A DNA stretch of 63,425 nt, filler included, from Blastocystis sp. subtype 4 (Eukaryota), in NCBI RefSeq assembly GCF_000743755.1. It is 32 parts of 32 records of this genome, joined end to end, with 100 filler letters (N's around TTAATTAATTAA, not from the genome) between each part and the next. Parts side by side here need not be neighbours in the genome. Positions count along the whole stretch, not along the records: positions 24,955 to 26,795 come from NW_014568792.1; positions 26,896 to 28,729 come from NW_014568791.1; positions 28,830 to 30,662 come from NW_014568790.1; positions 30,763 to 32,614 come from NW_014568789.1; positions 32,715 to 34,545 come from NW_014568788.1; positions 34,646 to 37,941 come from NW_014568787.1; 26 more parts are not named here. One strand, 5' to 3'. Position 1 is the stretch's first letter, and each line of letters opens with the position of its first letter. This document shows, one piece after another, positions 25,114-38,041 of the stretch. The position numbers were made by a program, and so were the translations under genes. A model generated the notes under the pieces. The model did not search any database. It saw only the letters and a program-made list of their open reading frames with translations, and was not told where the DNA came from.

Positions 25114-26242
25114 CTATTCCCGCTTTTCCTCAACAGCTACTTCAGGTGTTACAGGAGCAACTTCCGCCACAGCAGGAGCTGGAGCAGCTTCAGGTTTTAT
25201 AGATTCCTCTTTCTCTTCCTTCTCAATCTTTTCTTCTTCCTTCTCTTCTTTCTTTTCCTGCTTCTTCTCTACCTTTTCTTTCTTTTCCTTTGGTTTTACA
25301 GCCTTCTCCTTCTTCTTTGGCTTCTCCTCCTCCGAACTTGATTCAGTCACACTCTCTGAACTATCTGACTCGTCATACTCTGAACTATCCGACTCGTCAC
25401 TCGACTCTGATTCCACTTTCTTTGCTTTCTTATTGTCCTTCTTCGACTTCTTTGACTTCTTCGACTTCTTCGATGTCGATGAAGAGAACGATGGAAGTGT
25501 AGTTAAAGCACTCACAAGAGCCTGATTGGACTCCTGGATTTGACGTGACTCTTCCTTAGCGCGACGATCACTCTGCTTCATTAACTCCTTTGATCTCTCC
25601 TTAATTTCACCCTTCTTGATCTTTGCCTCCAAATGTTCAATCAACTCCTCATTCACATTGTCAGTCTTGTCCTTTAACACATAACGATCCACATATTTCT
25701 GACCGAAACGGAAACCCAGCTGAGTTTTCACACGCTCAAATGCGGGCATGGAGAAGAACTTAGTAAAATAGAGAATTGAGGCTAGTTCAGACTCATATTC
25801 AGAAGGGACATCCTTGCTCTTTGCAATAACCTTTACATTCTTCTGCACATTCTTTACTAATGGGACGATAGCATCAAATGCCTTAGCCTGGTGCTCCAAT
25901 ACAAGGAGAGTAGTGGTACAGGTCTTAATCTTCTCCTTGTCACCTCCAAGACAAGCATGATAAGCCTGTTCTGCTGCATGATCTACCTTTTCCTTCAATC
26001 GCAGATACTCCTAAGTGTAATAAAACTACTACCAAAGAAATACGGTCACAAGATCATCCGTCAAAGCAGCCACCTGCGTTTTGAACTCACTTGCATTCCA
26101 GGACTTCACCGTAAGCTTCCAAAACGGGATCTTCTTGATGAGGTAGGACGGTTCGGGAACTATCTCTCAACTACTCTCGGTACACTTCACCTGCTGCCTT
26201 AAGAGCTTTCTCTGCTCGATCAACGTAAAGCTGGGCAAACAT
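25114..26242 (-). CDS. IST1-like (regulator of Vps4/ESCRT-III) protein with K/E/S-rich tail, spliced
   Basis: ELASILYF...QLGFRFGQKY...NVNEELIEHL resembles the IST1 domain; two ~30-nt introns. Confidence 0.6.
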
Positions 26243-26689
26243 AATGTGATTTTATGATAAAACACAAAGACACATGTATAGAAATAACAAACTATTTATC
26301 TATCAAGGAATAGAATCACTACAATGTGCCTATGTGATTGTGTTTTTCTCTGGTGATCGCGATTTCTATTCTCCTACTGAACCATTGAATTGTATAGGCT
26401 TTAGTACGGGTATCAATGCGATATTACCTCCTTCCATCCACTCTTATACCAATACGGTGTCTGGGCTCAACTGCTAGTGTTGGTTTTGCAAGGAGGGCTG
26501 CGTACTGTTCTATTACTGTAACGAATAAGTTAGTTTTGTTTTGATAGAATACGGCCATTTCTTATTCTATTGCCCAATAATCTCCATATTTCAGTGAAAG
26601 AATGGTGTATTATTGGGACATTGTCGATCAGAACTCTTTTCTCGATTTCCCCTTTTCCTCTAACTCACATAACTCTATTCTCTTTAGCT

Positions 26690-26795
26690 ATGCTTACTAG
26701 TACGTTACAATATTCCTTTAGATAATTGTTGTAGAGGCTGCTCGTGCTCTTAAGCCTACTTTCATTCGTTCCTTTGCTACCAGCCGCTGGGCTGC
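26690..26795 (+). CDS. 5' end of a gene with mitochondrion-type targeting peptide
   Basis: Spliced MLTKAARALKPTFIRSFATSRWA... Confidence 0.55.
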
Positions 26796-27429
26796 NNNNN
26801 NNNNNNNNNNNNNNNNNNNNNNNNNNNNNNNNNNNNNNNTTAATTAATTAANNNNNNNNNNNNNNNNNNNNNNNNNNNNNNNNNNNNNNNNNNNNATAAA
26901 GAATTGGTCTGTTTATGTGGATCTAAACATTGTAATGGAAGAATGAATTATCCTGTTTATTAGACAAATCACACATATTTCAGTTCTCTAAATTGCAGCA
27001 TTATCAAATGAGCTAAAGCCATCATATTCAAGTACGAGGCGTGTCATATCTTTCACCTTTTTTATTATGACAGTTGTAAATGATTACAGTGTATATAAAC
27101 ATCTTTATCAATATGGTAATGTAAATGGCATAGCTAACAAGTTGTGGGGCAAAACATTTGGGTGGAGGTAATGATAACACAGCTAGATTCAACACCTTTT
27201 TGCTGGTTTATACTAATTACATAGTCTTGCACATAATTCACAAAGATCCACGATACTATTCCTAATTCTTTTTTCTTACCAGATAGCTGTTCGAATTGTT
27301 GATTTGTTCAAGGTAATAGTATATCGTTGATACCGGTTTAACTTGGTTACACCGCCCATTCATGCATTTATACTTTCAATCTATGCAACTGATGAGTATA
27401 TCACAATCCATTAATGGATTTGTCAAATG

Positions 27430-28729
27430 AGGGTTTCATATTTTAATGGTGGTGAAGTGTATCGGAGACAACATGGTTGATGGAACACCAACAAGTAACA
27501 CTGCAGCTACAGGAATCGCTACAGTCTATGGCTATCATTGAGTGATTCGTTCTGCTAATGATGTTACCATATCGCATGTGTTGGGTGTTGAAGTCCATCC
27601 TGTGGATCTTGCAACTACTGTGTCCATCAGTTTTATGGATTTCCCATGTTCATGGCTGGTTTGAGTTCAACAAATGGATGCTTTATCGTTTCCAATGATA
27701 TGACTGTTTCAACAACGGGATTTCCAAGTCCGGATTACTCTCTATCGTTACAAGAAACACTTCAGTTTATCTCTTCTCCTCTTGCTAACTTTCGAGATTT
27801 CAGAATCTATTCTTTTTTCCATTTCTTTCCTTATGTAGCCTTATAAGTCCTACCTCAAGTACTAGTAGTTTTTCGGTTGAAGATGCGACGTCAACATCAT
27901 CTAGTTGGCAGACTGTTCTCTCAATTTCTGAACAAACTTATGAACCAAGTACATGGGCTCAATGGGATTTAGTGAGTGTACTTCCCAAGTATCCTTTAAT
28001 GCGATTCAATGGTCAATCATCGCAGTCTGAAAGTGTGTATGTTTATGAGCTCCAGTTTCTTGCTTGTAATTGTGCTCCTTCTACCAGTAAATCCTATCCT
28101 CAAACTCAGTATTCCTACTACAGTACTTATGAACAAGTGAGTATTACACCAATAGTGTTGGTTTCTATGGTTGTAGTATGCCTCCTGGCATTCTTTCAGG
28201 TGTGACAATGGATGCCAATACCTGTACCATTTCTGGAGTATCAACTGTTGCCTCTCTATCGACATCCTATCAGATTACATCAACAATGGGAACAGCTCCA
28301 CTTCCGACATCAAAGGGTATTACATTCACTGAGTGTTCTGGAACATTCTATAAGATTGTTCGAACTTACAAGACCAGTCCTCAGAATGAGTATTTCAGAA
28401 TTCGTGATACATCAAATGATAACATTGTGTATGAGATTCAATCAGGCCATTCTCATCCTACCAGTGAAGATTGGACTCATTATCTCTGTCTCAATGTTGA
28501 TCGATTTGATGTCACCTTTGATTCCACATCTACCTATTGGTCATCTGGTTCATATTATTACATGTATTCTATGTTGCCTGATGGTGAAGAAGAGATAGTT
28601 CTGAAAGGACGATATGATGCCAATCAAGATAATGTTCATAATGTGTATGTTCGTCGTCCTTCTATCAATCATTCAGAACAATGGTATTATAAGATGGGTG
28701 AAGTGCCTACCAATTGGTTTGGTGATGAT
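27430..28729 (+). pseudogene. Ig-like surface protein family pseudogene
   Basis: Family motifs (EVYR.NM, VEVH, VYELQFLACN, HSEQWYYK) broken by frameshifts and stops. Confidence 0.7.
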
Positions 28730-29269
28730 NNNNNNNNNNNNNNNNNNNNNNNNNNNNNNNNNNNNNNNNNNNNTTAATTAATTAANNNNNNNNNNNNNNN
28801 NNNNNNNNNNNNNNNNNNNNNNNNNNNNNTTGAGAGTGATACATGAAGTGTAGTAGAAGGGATAATGATTTCTATTGTGATTATCATACAATCAACATTA
28901 CTCCATATATTGATCACAATCAGAAGAAAGAATCTGAATAGTTTTAGAATGAGTCTATTGGGTTTGTATTGTATCAGATATCGTGATCTTCTGTGTTTGG
29001 TTCTAATTAGTGCGATATGAGGTATAACTCACGAAACAGCAAATACAATAAAGATCATTTACGAATTCTTCTCTTTGTCACTGCTTTATAGTTAGCTGAC
29101 CATGAAATGAATCGTTCAAGAGAATCAGCATCTCATTATCAGTCATATATTTATCATACTTATACACGTCAATTCACTCACATGAAGGAAAGATTTATTC
29201 ATATGTATTTGTGTTGATAATAGTAGTGGGATATCTTCATTATATCCCATCAGCAATCATTACCATAGA

Positions 29270-30662
29270 GTATCACATTGTCTACGGAGATGAAATTCTG
29301 ACCTTCTCCTTTAAGCAGCGATAGGGAAGGGAGATCTAATCAATCACTAGCATCATCATTCAAACTATTCATTGTTAATGTAATCGACATATTATCATTG
29401 TTAATACAAGCCAGGGCCTCGTATCCAAGTGTGATGGATTGAAGTCGAATCAGATCTCATTTGTAATTCATATCAAGTATGTTACTTTGGAATACGATTG
29501 TGGAACAGTCACGAAAAGCTTGATATCCCATTTCAAGAGAAGTGAGAGAATGAAGATCAGCAAGAGTGAGTGACAAACAGTGCATACAAACTCCTCCTTG
29601 AATCACAAGGGATTCAACAGAAGAGGAGATATGTTTCATAGCACTACTATTTGATATCCACTTCACTGATGGATGAAGAGATTTCCAGTGCCTGGAAGGA
29701 GATACCGAATGATTAAGAGTGATTTTGTATTCAAGAGCATCAGCATCTCAATAATTAGCAATCCATTAATCATACTGCAACTCTGTAATGTTTGTATTCC
29801 TCTAAATGGATTGTTGATCTGAATTCCTTCTTCAGTAAGTGATGGAATGTCTAATTCAAATACAATAATCAATTGTCACAGTCCAATATCACATTACCTA
29901 TATTCCAGAAATTACCATATCCCTGTAACAGAGAAAGAGAAGGAAGATCTGATTAATTACTCATATCATTATTATTATGCTTTTCATTATCAATGAATTC
30001 CACTCACTCGTCTTTTTTATACCTTGAATAGCAAATGGATCAAGAATAATGGATTCGAGTCGAGGCATATCTCATTTATCATTCATTCAATAATCCATAC
30101 TCTCAAATGTTATTGATTGACACTTATAGAATGTTTTTTTCTTCAACTGAATAGATATAAGAGATGGAAGATTCTTCAATTCAAGTCCTTGACACAACCT
30201 AAATGAATACTCATCGAATTGAACTTCTCTCAAACGATCACAATTCATTATCGAACATTTACTCACGTTGTTTGTATTGTGTACGGAATGAAAGCTGAAC
30301 ATTCTAAATACCACACTTTCCAATTCATTCAATCCATTAATAACAAATATAGTTGCTGTCTCAAAACAATGTGCTCCAATCTCAAGTCTTTTCAACGGTA
30401 CCAAGGGACAATTCAATACACAGGACGAAATCGCTGGATTGAGAAGCTTGTTTGCAATCAAAACGGAGTCAACAGATCCATATAAGCATAGATAGGAGTA
30501 GCATTCACATTGAACTGGTTTTTCAACAGTGATACCCTTATCATCTTTGAAGTATCCATCATGTTCAATCATTCCATTTCGATCATACAATAATCCATAT
30601 CCATTCTTCAATCCATCATAATAACAACCACAATACTTCTTCAAACCAATATCATTCCAATA
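29270..30662 (-). CDS. MORN-like plus LRR (BspA-like) repeat protein, spliced, partial
   Basis: KNGYGLLYDRNG, IGAHCF..INGLNELESV, LPSLISIQL repeats. Confidence 0.65.
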
Positions 30663-32200
30663 NNNNNNNNNNNNNNNNNNNNNNNNNNNNNNNNNNNNNN
30701 NNNNNNTTAATTAATTAANNNNNNNNNNNNNNNNNNNNNNNNNNNNNNNNNNNNNNNNNNNNCATGAACACAATCATAAGAAGAGTGAACTAGAAGATGG
30801 AATAGTCATTCTTTCTATTGTGGTACAGGATGATCTTAAGAATATGATTCATAGTAGTATTAGATTCTTCTCTGATGTAGGTCTGATCACTGAAGAAAGA
30901 GTATCAATCTGTGTCATCTCATGCTAATCTGTGTCATATTCGATTCAATCACAAATACACTTGGAAATCAGTTGTACTTCCTTGATCATCTTAACAAACT
31001 CACTTACAATAACTATTCAAACTGATCGAAGTGATCAAGATGTGGGATGAAGAAGAACAGGATGCTTGAACTATACTATATATTTTGACACTAATTGATC
31101 TGCTGCTAACAAGGTGTCTAACAATTGCGAGTAACATCAAGAATGGACTAGTATTGAAGTAGGGTGTTGAGGTACGTCACATATAGATTTCAAGGTCCAT
31201 AACTTGGTTCGAAAAAGCAGACAATCAGCCGAATGAAGAAGTGATAATGAAGATTCCTTTACCATTTCGAGCAGATTGCTGGGATAACAATAAACTGAAT
31301 GAATTGATTCTTCAATCTAATAAGATATACTATACAATAATCATTCAAATCACACCAATACTGTCTTCAATACCAAATGTGAATTAATCATGTTTGATAA
31401 AGGATACTATACCTACCTCACATCATTGTTATTCTCAATCAAATGCAATACATATCACTCTCAATACCAATTCTGACTCCAGTTANNNNNNNNNNTACAG
31501 CTTCTATGAATGCTCCATCTCCTATACGTATCCTTTGATTTGTCAATGGATTCAATACTCTCTTTCTTTCCTTCGATTCTTCTTCTTTACTCCATGAATC
31601 TATTTTGAGATCATATTTGTACTTTTTGAATTCAATCTATCGTGTTTCACTGACTTATACTTCATATCATGACTCTTGGGATTGAGATTTGATATGTAGA
31701 ATTCCTTATTCCTTTATTTATACAAAGTGAAATCACATCTTTAAATGAGTTCAAAACTGACATACATCAAACAGGAATATTCGTTCATCTTATCAATCAT
31801 TCCCATCTGTCTAACATTCAAACGTTCATACTTACCAAACTTGTATTGAATACACTTCCTGTTAAGATCAAATCTACTCTACCATCCTTCAGATCCATTA
31901 TCATTTAGATTAATAAGGGCTTGAAGAGAAGAATTCGAAATGGTATCTCCAGTCATATTAACTATCTTGAGAGTTTGAATAAAGATAATTGGGAGTATTC
32001 TTAGGAATCATCTCCATGGTTGGAGTTCTTGTAGAATGAATTGAACAATTCTTCTTTGAGATTACAGTGAATAAAAAGAATCGTTCGTATCATATAATTA
32101 AGGATTAGATTAATATATTCAATACTCTTCCAATTCATCGATACACTTTGATTGCATTTCTCAACAAACAGATTCTTAGATGAAGGATTGTGAAACATGT

Positions 32201-32614
32201 TCAAATCTTATGGTACTGTTTATTCTTGAGTGTTTTCAAGGATCCCTCGTGAGTTCTTATCTTAATTGAAACCATTCTAGCTATAACCAGAACTACAAAA
32301 CAGAATAGGATTACACCACCAATAATCATCAATACTATCGCCAAGATTGTGAATCTCTTCACAACAAGAGTCAAGGTTGTCTCTTCAGATCCCACTTCAT
32401 TCCATACTTGAATAGTGACATCAATAGGATCTCCTAAGGTACTTGGAATACCTGAAATCTCTCCTGTCATCTCATTCAGTTCTATACCATCTCGAACAAC
32501 ACTTGAAGTCATACAGAATCGAGGAGCATCTCCCTGAACACTGGGAATCACTGTAAACGACTTTCCTCGAACCAGTCTGTATGAAGACTTCGGATACTGG
32601 AACAGAGACAAAGG
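32201..32614 (-). CDS. C-terminus of Ig-like surface protein with single transmembrane helix
   Basis: GEISGIPS repeat, TM segment and basic tail. Confidence 0.7.
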   Translation of the reverse strand, partial: PLSLFQYPKSSYRLVRGKSFTVIPSVQGDAPRFCMTSSVVRDGIELNEMTGEISGIPSTLGDPIDVTIQVWNEVGSEETTLTLVVKRFTILAIVLMIIGGVILFCFVVLVIARMVSIKIRTHEGSLKTLKNKQYHKI

Positions 32615-32714
32615 NNNNNNNNNNNNNNNNNNNNNNNNNNNNNNNNNNNNNNNNNNNNTTAATTAATTAANNNNNNNNNNNNNNNNNNNNNNNNNNNNNN
32701 NNNNNNNNNNNNNN

Positions 32715-34201
32715 TGATATTGGAAAGTGATGATTGATGATTGGATTTGAATTAGATATTCCATCACTCACTTCAGAAGGAATGCAATTGAGAAATACTT
32801 ATTCTTTTGGTATGATGAAAAATGAAAACTCATTCAATGAAGTGAATGTTTTGAGCAGTTCAAGTATGATTGATTGATTGATAATGATTGAGATGCTGAT
32901 GCTCTTGAATACTACATCATTTTCAACAGTCACGTTACTCCTTCTGAACGCTCATTATCCTTACATCCACCAGCATTCTGGATATCAAGAATCGATCAAA
33001 TGAAGGAGATATCTACTTCTGTTGAATCCATTGTGATTCAAGGCGGAGTAGGAAAGGAAGAGAAGTCATTTTCTCTCTCAGATTTTCCTTCTCTCATCAT
33101 TCTTGAAATGGGATGTGGTGCATTTGAGAAGTGTCATTCAATAGTATTTGAGAGTATGAATGATAAAATGAATGACGAATGAGATCTGATTCAACTTCAA
33201 TCCATTACTTTAGGAGAAGTAGCTCTATATGGTGATTTAAATACACTTAAGTCGAATGTATTGATAATGAAGAGTATGAATGATAATGATATTGATTGAT
33301 CAGATCTTCCTTCTCTGACTCTTTTCAAAGGAAATGGTTACAGTTTCGTGAATATAAGGATATTGGAGAGTGATGATTGATGATTGTATCTGAATTAGAT
33401 ATTCCATCACTCACTGAAGATGGTATTAAGATGACTGATGATGCATTTAGTAAAGTGAAAGAATTGAATAGTTCGAGTATGATTGATTGACTGATAATGA
33501 TTGAGATGCTTATTCTCTTGAAGATTGTATCATTCTCAATAGTGGTGATATAACTCCTTCTGAACATCTATTGTCTCTTCATCCATCAGGATTCTGGATA
33601 TCAGACGTTAGTCAAATGGAACAGATTTCTAATTCTGTTGAATCGATTATGATACAAGAAGGAGTAGGAAAAGAAGAAGGGAGATTCATTCTCTCCAATC
33701 TCCCTTCTCTCATATCCATTCAATTATATCGTACTGCATTCGAGACGTGTGATTCAATAACATTTGAGAGTAAGAATGATTGAGTGAATGATGAATGAGA
33801 TCTGATTCGACTTCAATCCATCAAACTTGGATATGGAGCTCTTAAGGGTGGCTCTCACTTTGGTTTTGGTTTTGCTCTTGCTGACTCGAATGAATGATAA
33901 TGAAGAGTATGAGTGATAATGATGATTGATTGATCAGATCTTCCTTCTCTGACTCTATTCAAAGGAGATGGATTGCATTTCTGTTGTGTACGGAAAGTGA
34001 TATTGGAGAGTGATGATTGATGATTGTATCTGAAATAGACATTCCATCACTCACTGATGAAGGAATACAACTGAATAGTGCATTCAATGATGTGCAAGAG
34101 TTAAACAGTTCGAGTATGATTGATTGATTGATAATGATTGAGATGCTGATTCTCTTGATCAATTCATTCGACAGCATAGTTGGATAATGCAAAACAAGTA
34201 G
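32715..34201 (+). CDS. LRR (BspA-like) tandem-repeat gene, many short introns, possibly decayed
   Basis: Repeated ~570-bp unit (DIPSLT.., VESIVIQ.GVGKEE, DLPSL). Confidence 0.55.
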
Positions 34202-34239
34202 AAAAGGTAAAATGAATGCAAACATAGTAGAATCTGTTT

Positions 34240-34397
34240 GTTGAATATGTTAACTGGATGTGATGTAGATGCCAGAAATGATTGACACCATTTCATCATG
34301 ACGATCATTCACATCAACTGACCCAAACGCAAATCATTCATAGGAACTACTGAGATGTTCAAATGACTAAACAAAGCACACATTGTTCAATCTCATT
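34240..34397 (-). pseudogene. Decayed penton-like C-terminal fragment
   Basis: Reverse complement aligns to 2385-2520 and 58415-58550 (TTTAGTCATTTGAACAT, GATCGTCATG, CATCTACATCA). Confidence 0.6.
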
Positions 34398-34645
34398 CAT
34401 CTCAAGTCAATAATTATTTGATTCATTCAAAGTGTATTCTCCTGAGGAATACAATTCAAAAGCAGAGAAGATGAATGAACCAAAAGAAGCAGTTCTATTC
34501 ATAATCAAGAAGAATGCAAATGTTGGACACTTTGTTGGTGTGTTCNNNNNNNNNNNNNNNNNNNNNNNNNNNNNNNNNNNNNNNNNNNNTTAATTAATTA
34601 ANNNNNNNNNNNNNNNNNNNNNNNNNNNNNNNNNNNNNNNNNNNN

Positions 34646-34796
34646 CACAAACACGTAATGGAGGAGCATCTCTATTCAACTTACCATGTTCATACAATGC
34701 TTTGAATATCGATTCTTTGTTACGCAAAGGAAAGATCACAGATCTTCTATTCTTGTCTGAGAAATCGATTGGAGTTGCACTCAATTTGCTTTTCAT
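34646..34796 (-). CDS. Intronless hypothetical ORF start (putative element gene)
   Basis: MKSKLSATPIDF...; starts within the palindrome CATTTACTAAGTAAATG. Confidence 0.4.
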
Positions 34797-34807
34797 TTAC
34801 TAAGTAA

Positions 34808-35140
34808 ATGAACAAGTTGTTTGAGATACAAAACAAGTATGTGATGGATTGGCGAATTCCTGTCAATCTTCATATTATTGCCATAACAGTACTTACGAAA
34901 CGGATCAACAAATCGATTCNAATATGTTGTGATCAAGTTGAAAGATGTAAGGAACCAGCAAAGAAATCAGGATCATAAGCTATGTTCTCTTGTGTTGATT
35001 CTGGTATTCATCATCTACTCTCATTCACACAATGACTCTTTCAGAACGGTGTTTCATCCACATACTCGGTCACCATTAGGATGTAACTTATGAATGTGAA
35101 ATGGTGTCATTCTCAGGGAAACTTCGTGTTGCCAGGGTGT
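34808..35140 (+). pseudogene. Decayed small penton-like ORF
   Basis: MNKLFEIQNKYVMDWRIPVNLHIIAITV...I.ICCDQVE then frameshifts, ending ...EMVSFSGKLRV. Confidence 0.3.
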
Positions 35141-35345
35141 ATGGTTGATTTCATGAAGAAATCACCCTACTATTCTCCAACAGGAATAGTGGTTGGGTTC
35201 ATGAGCTGTCAAGCAATCACTCGAGACTTGGACACTCAGGAACTAGTCCAAGGCCTTATGGTATGGACGTTAATTGCCCTCTATGGCATCTATGTAGTGT
35301 TTATCAACAACCCTTGTTTTCATTACTAACAAACATTTCCATCAC

Positions 35346-37013
35346 TTCTTTCGTAGATAATAACTCCACTGTCGAATGAATCGATCAAGAGAATAAGAAT
35401 CTTAATCAACATTAATGCTTTAATCATACTTGAACTATCCAATTTGTTCACTCTATTGAATGCGAGTTTCAACTGTATTCCTTGTTCAGTGAGTGCTGGA
35501 ATGTCTAATTTCAAATCAATAGTATATCATCACTCTCCAAAATCACTTTGCCTATGTACTTGAAATTCCCATAACCTTTGAATAGAGATAGGGAAGGAAT
35601 ATCTGATTAATCAATAATCAGTTTCATTCATACTCTTCATTATCAATCTATTCGATTTGATAGTATGTTCATCACTTTCAAGAGCATCTTTTCCAAGAGT
35701 GATGGTTTGAAGTCGAGTCAGATCTCTTTATCATTCATTCAATCATTCATACTATTGAATACTATCCATTTACAATTACAGAATGCACAACGATCTAATT
35801 GAATGGATATGAGAGAAGGAAGATTCTTACATTCAAATGATTTATACCAATAGAATGAATCCTCTCCAAAATGGATTTCTCTTAACTGATCACAATTCAT
35901 TATCAAACATTTGCTTCCTATCCAATTCTTAAAGTCTAATGAAAAACTCATATATCCAATGGTCATACTCTTCAATTCATTCAATCCATCAATTACAAAC
36001 TGTTTCACTTCATCAAAACAATTATCTCCAATCTCCAATCTCTCAACTCCTTTCAAGCAGTCAGTATTAAATACACTCAAATTATATCCATAACCATTTC
36101 TAAACCTTTTCATGCTTCCCGCATACTTACCTTTCATCCATATTCCACTTCTCACTACTTCTCCATTCTCATTCAATTCTTCTCCAGCTCCATCTCTCAA
36201 TCCATTCTTCCATTCTCCAATATACACTGGATTCATTTCTTTGAATTCACTTCCATATCCATCTCTCTTTCCATTCTTCCATCCACCGTAGTACAAAACA
36301 TCCTCTCCATCAATTCCATACTCACTTCCTTCTCCTTCTCGAATGAATCCTTTCATCATATCTCCTTCAAGTCCTCCTTCATATACTCTCATTCCATTAT
36401 CATCATATTCTATCATCAAATCTCCTTTCCATTCTCTCAATACTCTCATCATTACTCCATTCTTGTATTCACATTCTCTAACCAANCTTCCTCCTTCATA
36501 CTCAAAACACTTACCATTCTTTCTCCATTCATTATCATATTCACTCACACTCAACAAATCTCTATTCTCATTTATCTCTGAATAGAATCCTTTCATTCCT
36601 TCTCGTTCCTTCAATTTCGAAACTCGCTTTCCATTTCGATACAATCCTCTCCATATCTCATTTCCATCATCATCATATTCTATCCACATTCCAACTTCCT
36701 TTCCTTTTGATACTCTTCCTTTCAATACTGTTCTACCATACTTATTCCTCTTTATCACTTCTCCTTCACATTCATCATTCACAAACATCATTATCATAAA
36801 CACTGTTCCATTCTCTCTCACAATCAATCCAATTCCTTCTTTCTTTCCTTCTTTCATTTCTACTCTCATTCTGTATCCATTATCATCTATCATTAATCTC
36901 ATTATTGCTTCTCCATTCAATTCATCACCATTCTTCATTTCAACACTCTCAATTTCATAATCACCAAGGAATTCAAGACATGAACTACAATTCCTAACAT
37001 TGATGTTGCTCAT
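35346..37013 (-). CDS. MORN-like plus LRR repeat protein, spliced
   Basis: YYGGWKNGKRDGYG, YIGEWKNGLRDG, IGDNCF..IDGLNELKS. Confidence 0.8.
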
Positions 37014-37439
37014 ATCAGTCTAAGAATCAATGTTGTTTACATATTAATGAAAGCATAGTCAATATCAATACTAATTCTGTCATCATTCATGCGACAATTC
37101 GGATCCCCAAATACGCCATTCCACATTAGCCCATTTCATTCATTTCAATCCACATTCACTTTCATTCATATCTCACTATTCTACTATATTCTACTATCAT
37201 CTCTTCATTCCTATTCAATATTACTGAATACAATCACGGGAATATCATTATCATCATTCATTACTCATATCATTCATTTCTTATTTCCATTTATATCTAC
37301 ACTCTCATATCATATCAATTCTATTCATATCTCACAATTCATGTCAATCACTTTCTCACTTATTTCCAATCACATCAATTTGTTATCATTTCATTAATTC
37401 TCATCCATTTATTTCTTCATCACTAATTCTTTCATATGA

Positions 37440-37941
37440 TTGTTGTTGATTGTAGTATCAATCATCTCATTCTATTCTTTACATTCTGTTTCATTCTTCA
37501 TTCTACTCTCATTTCTAGTTATCCTTTCTTACTCTATTCAATGTTCATCTAATCAAGATTATGTTAAGATCACTAAGAAAACTGGTAATTATCCTAGTCA
37601 AGAGTCATTTGAGATTGTATCTGGATCATCTACTCTATTCACTTCTCCTTCATGTGTTTATAGTAATCAACAATATGTGTATGAAGTCTGTTTGAATGCT
37701 TCTTCTAATCATATCTACACTCTTATCATGAAAGATTCAGCTAGTGGGGGATGGTGGTATGATGGATTTATCTCAATGAATGATATCAATGATAATACTA
37801 TCTTCAAGAACATCATGAGAGAGGGTGTTAGTGAAGAGAGTAATCAATTTGCTCTCTATTCTCCTATCAATAAGAATGATACTTGGAGATACAGTGATAG
37901 TTATCATTCTCTTTGGAATACCAATTCATTCAATGATAATC
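37440..37941 (+). CDS. Ig-like surface protein family, N-terminal fragment
   Basis: Close paralog of 6790-7250 (CSSNQDYVKITK, ESFEIVSGSS). Confidence 0.7.
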
Positions 37942-38041
37942 NNNNNNNNNNNNNNNNNNNNNNNNNNNNNNNNNNNNNNNNNNNNTTAATTAATTAANNN
38001 NNNNNNNNNNNNNNNNNNNNNNNNNNNNNNNNNNNNNNNNN

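Noticed and set aside
25034..25525. Antisense S/F-rich and L/F-rich ORFs (also 54804-55223)
   Set aside because: Shadows of K/E-rich genes on the opposite strand
37089..37397. H/S/I/F-rich ORFs (also 6499-6790, 41914-42654, 5928-6122)
   Set aside because: Products of TCA/TTC-skewed low-complexity repeat DNA; no coding signal
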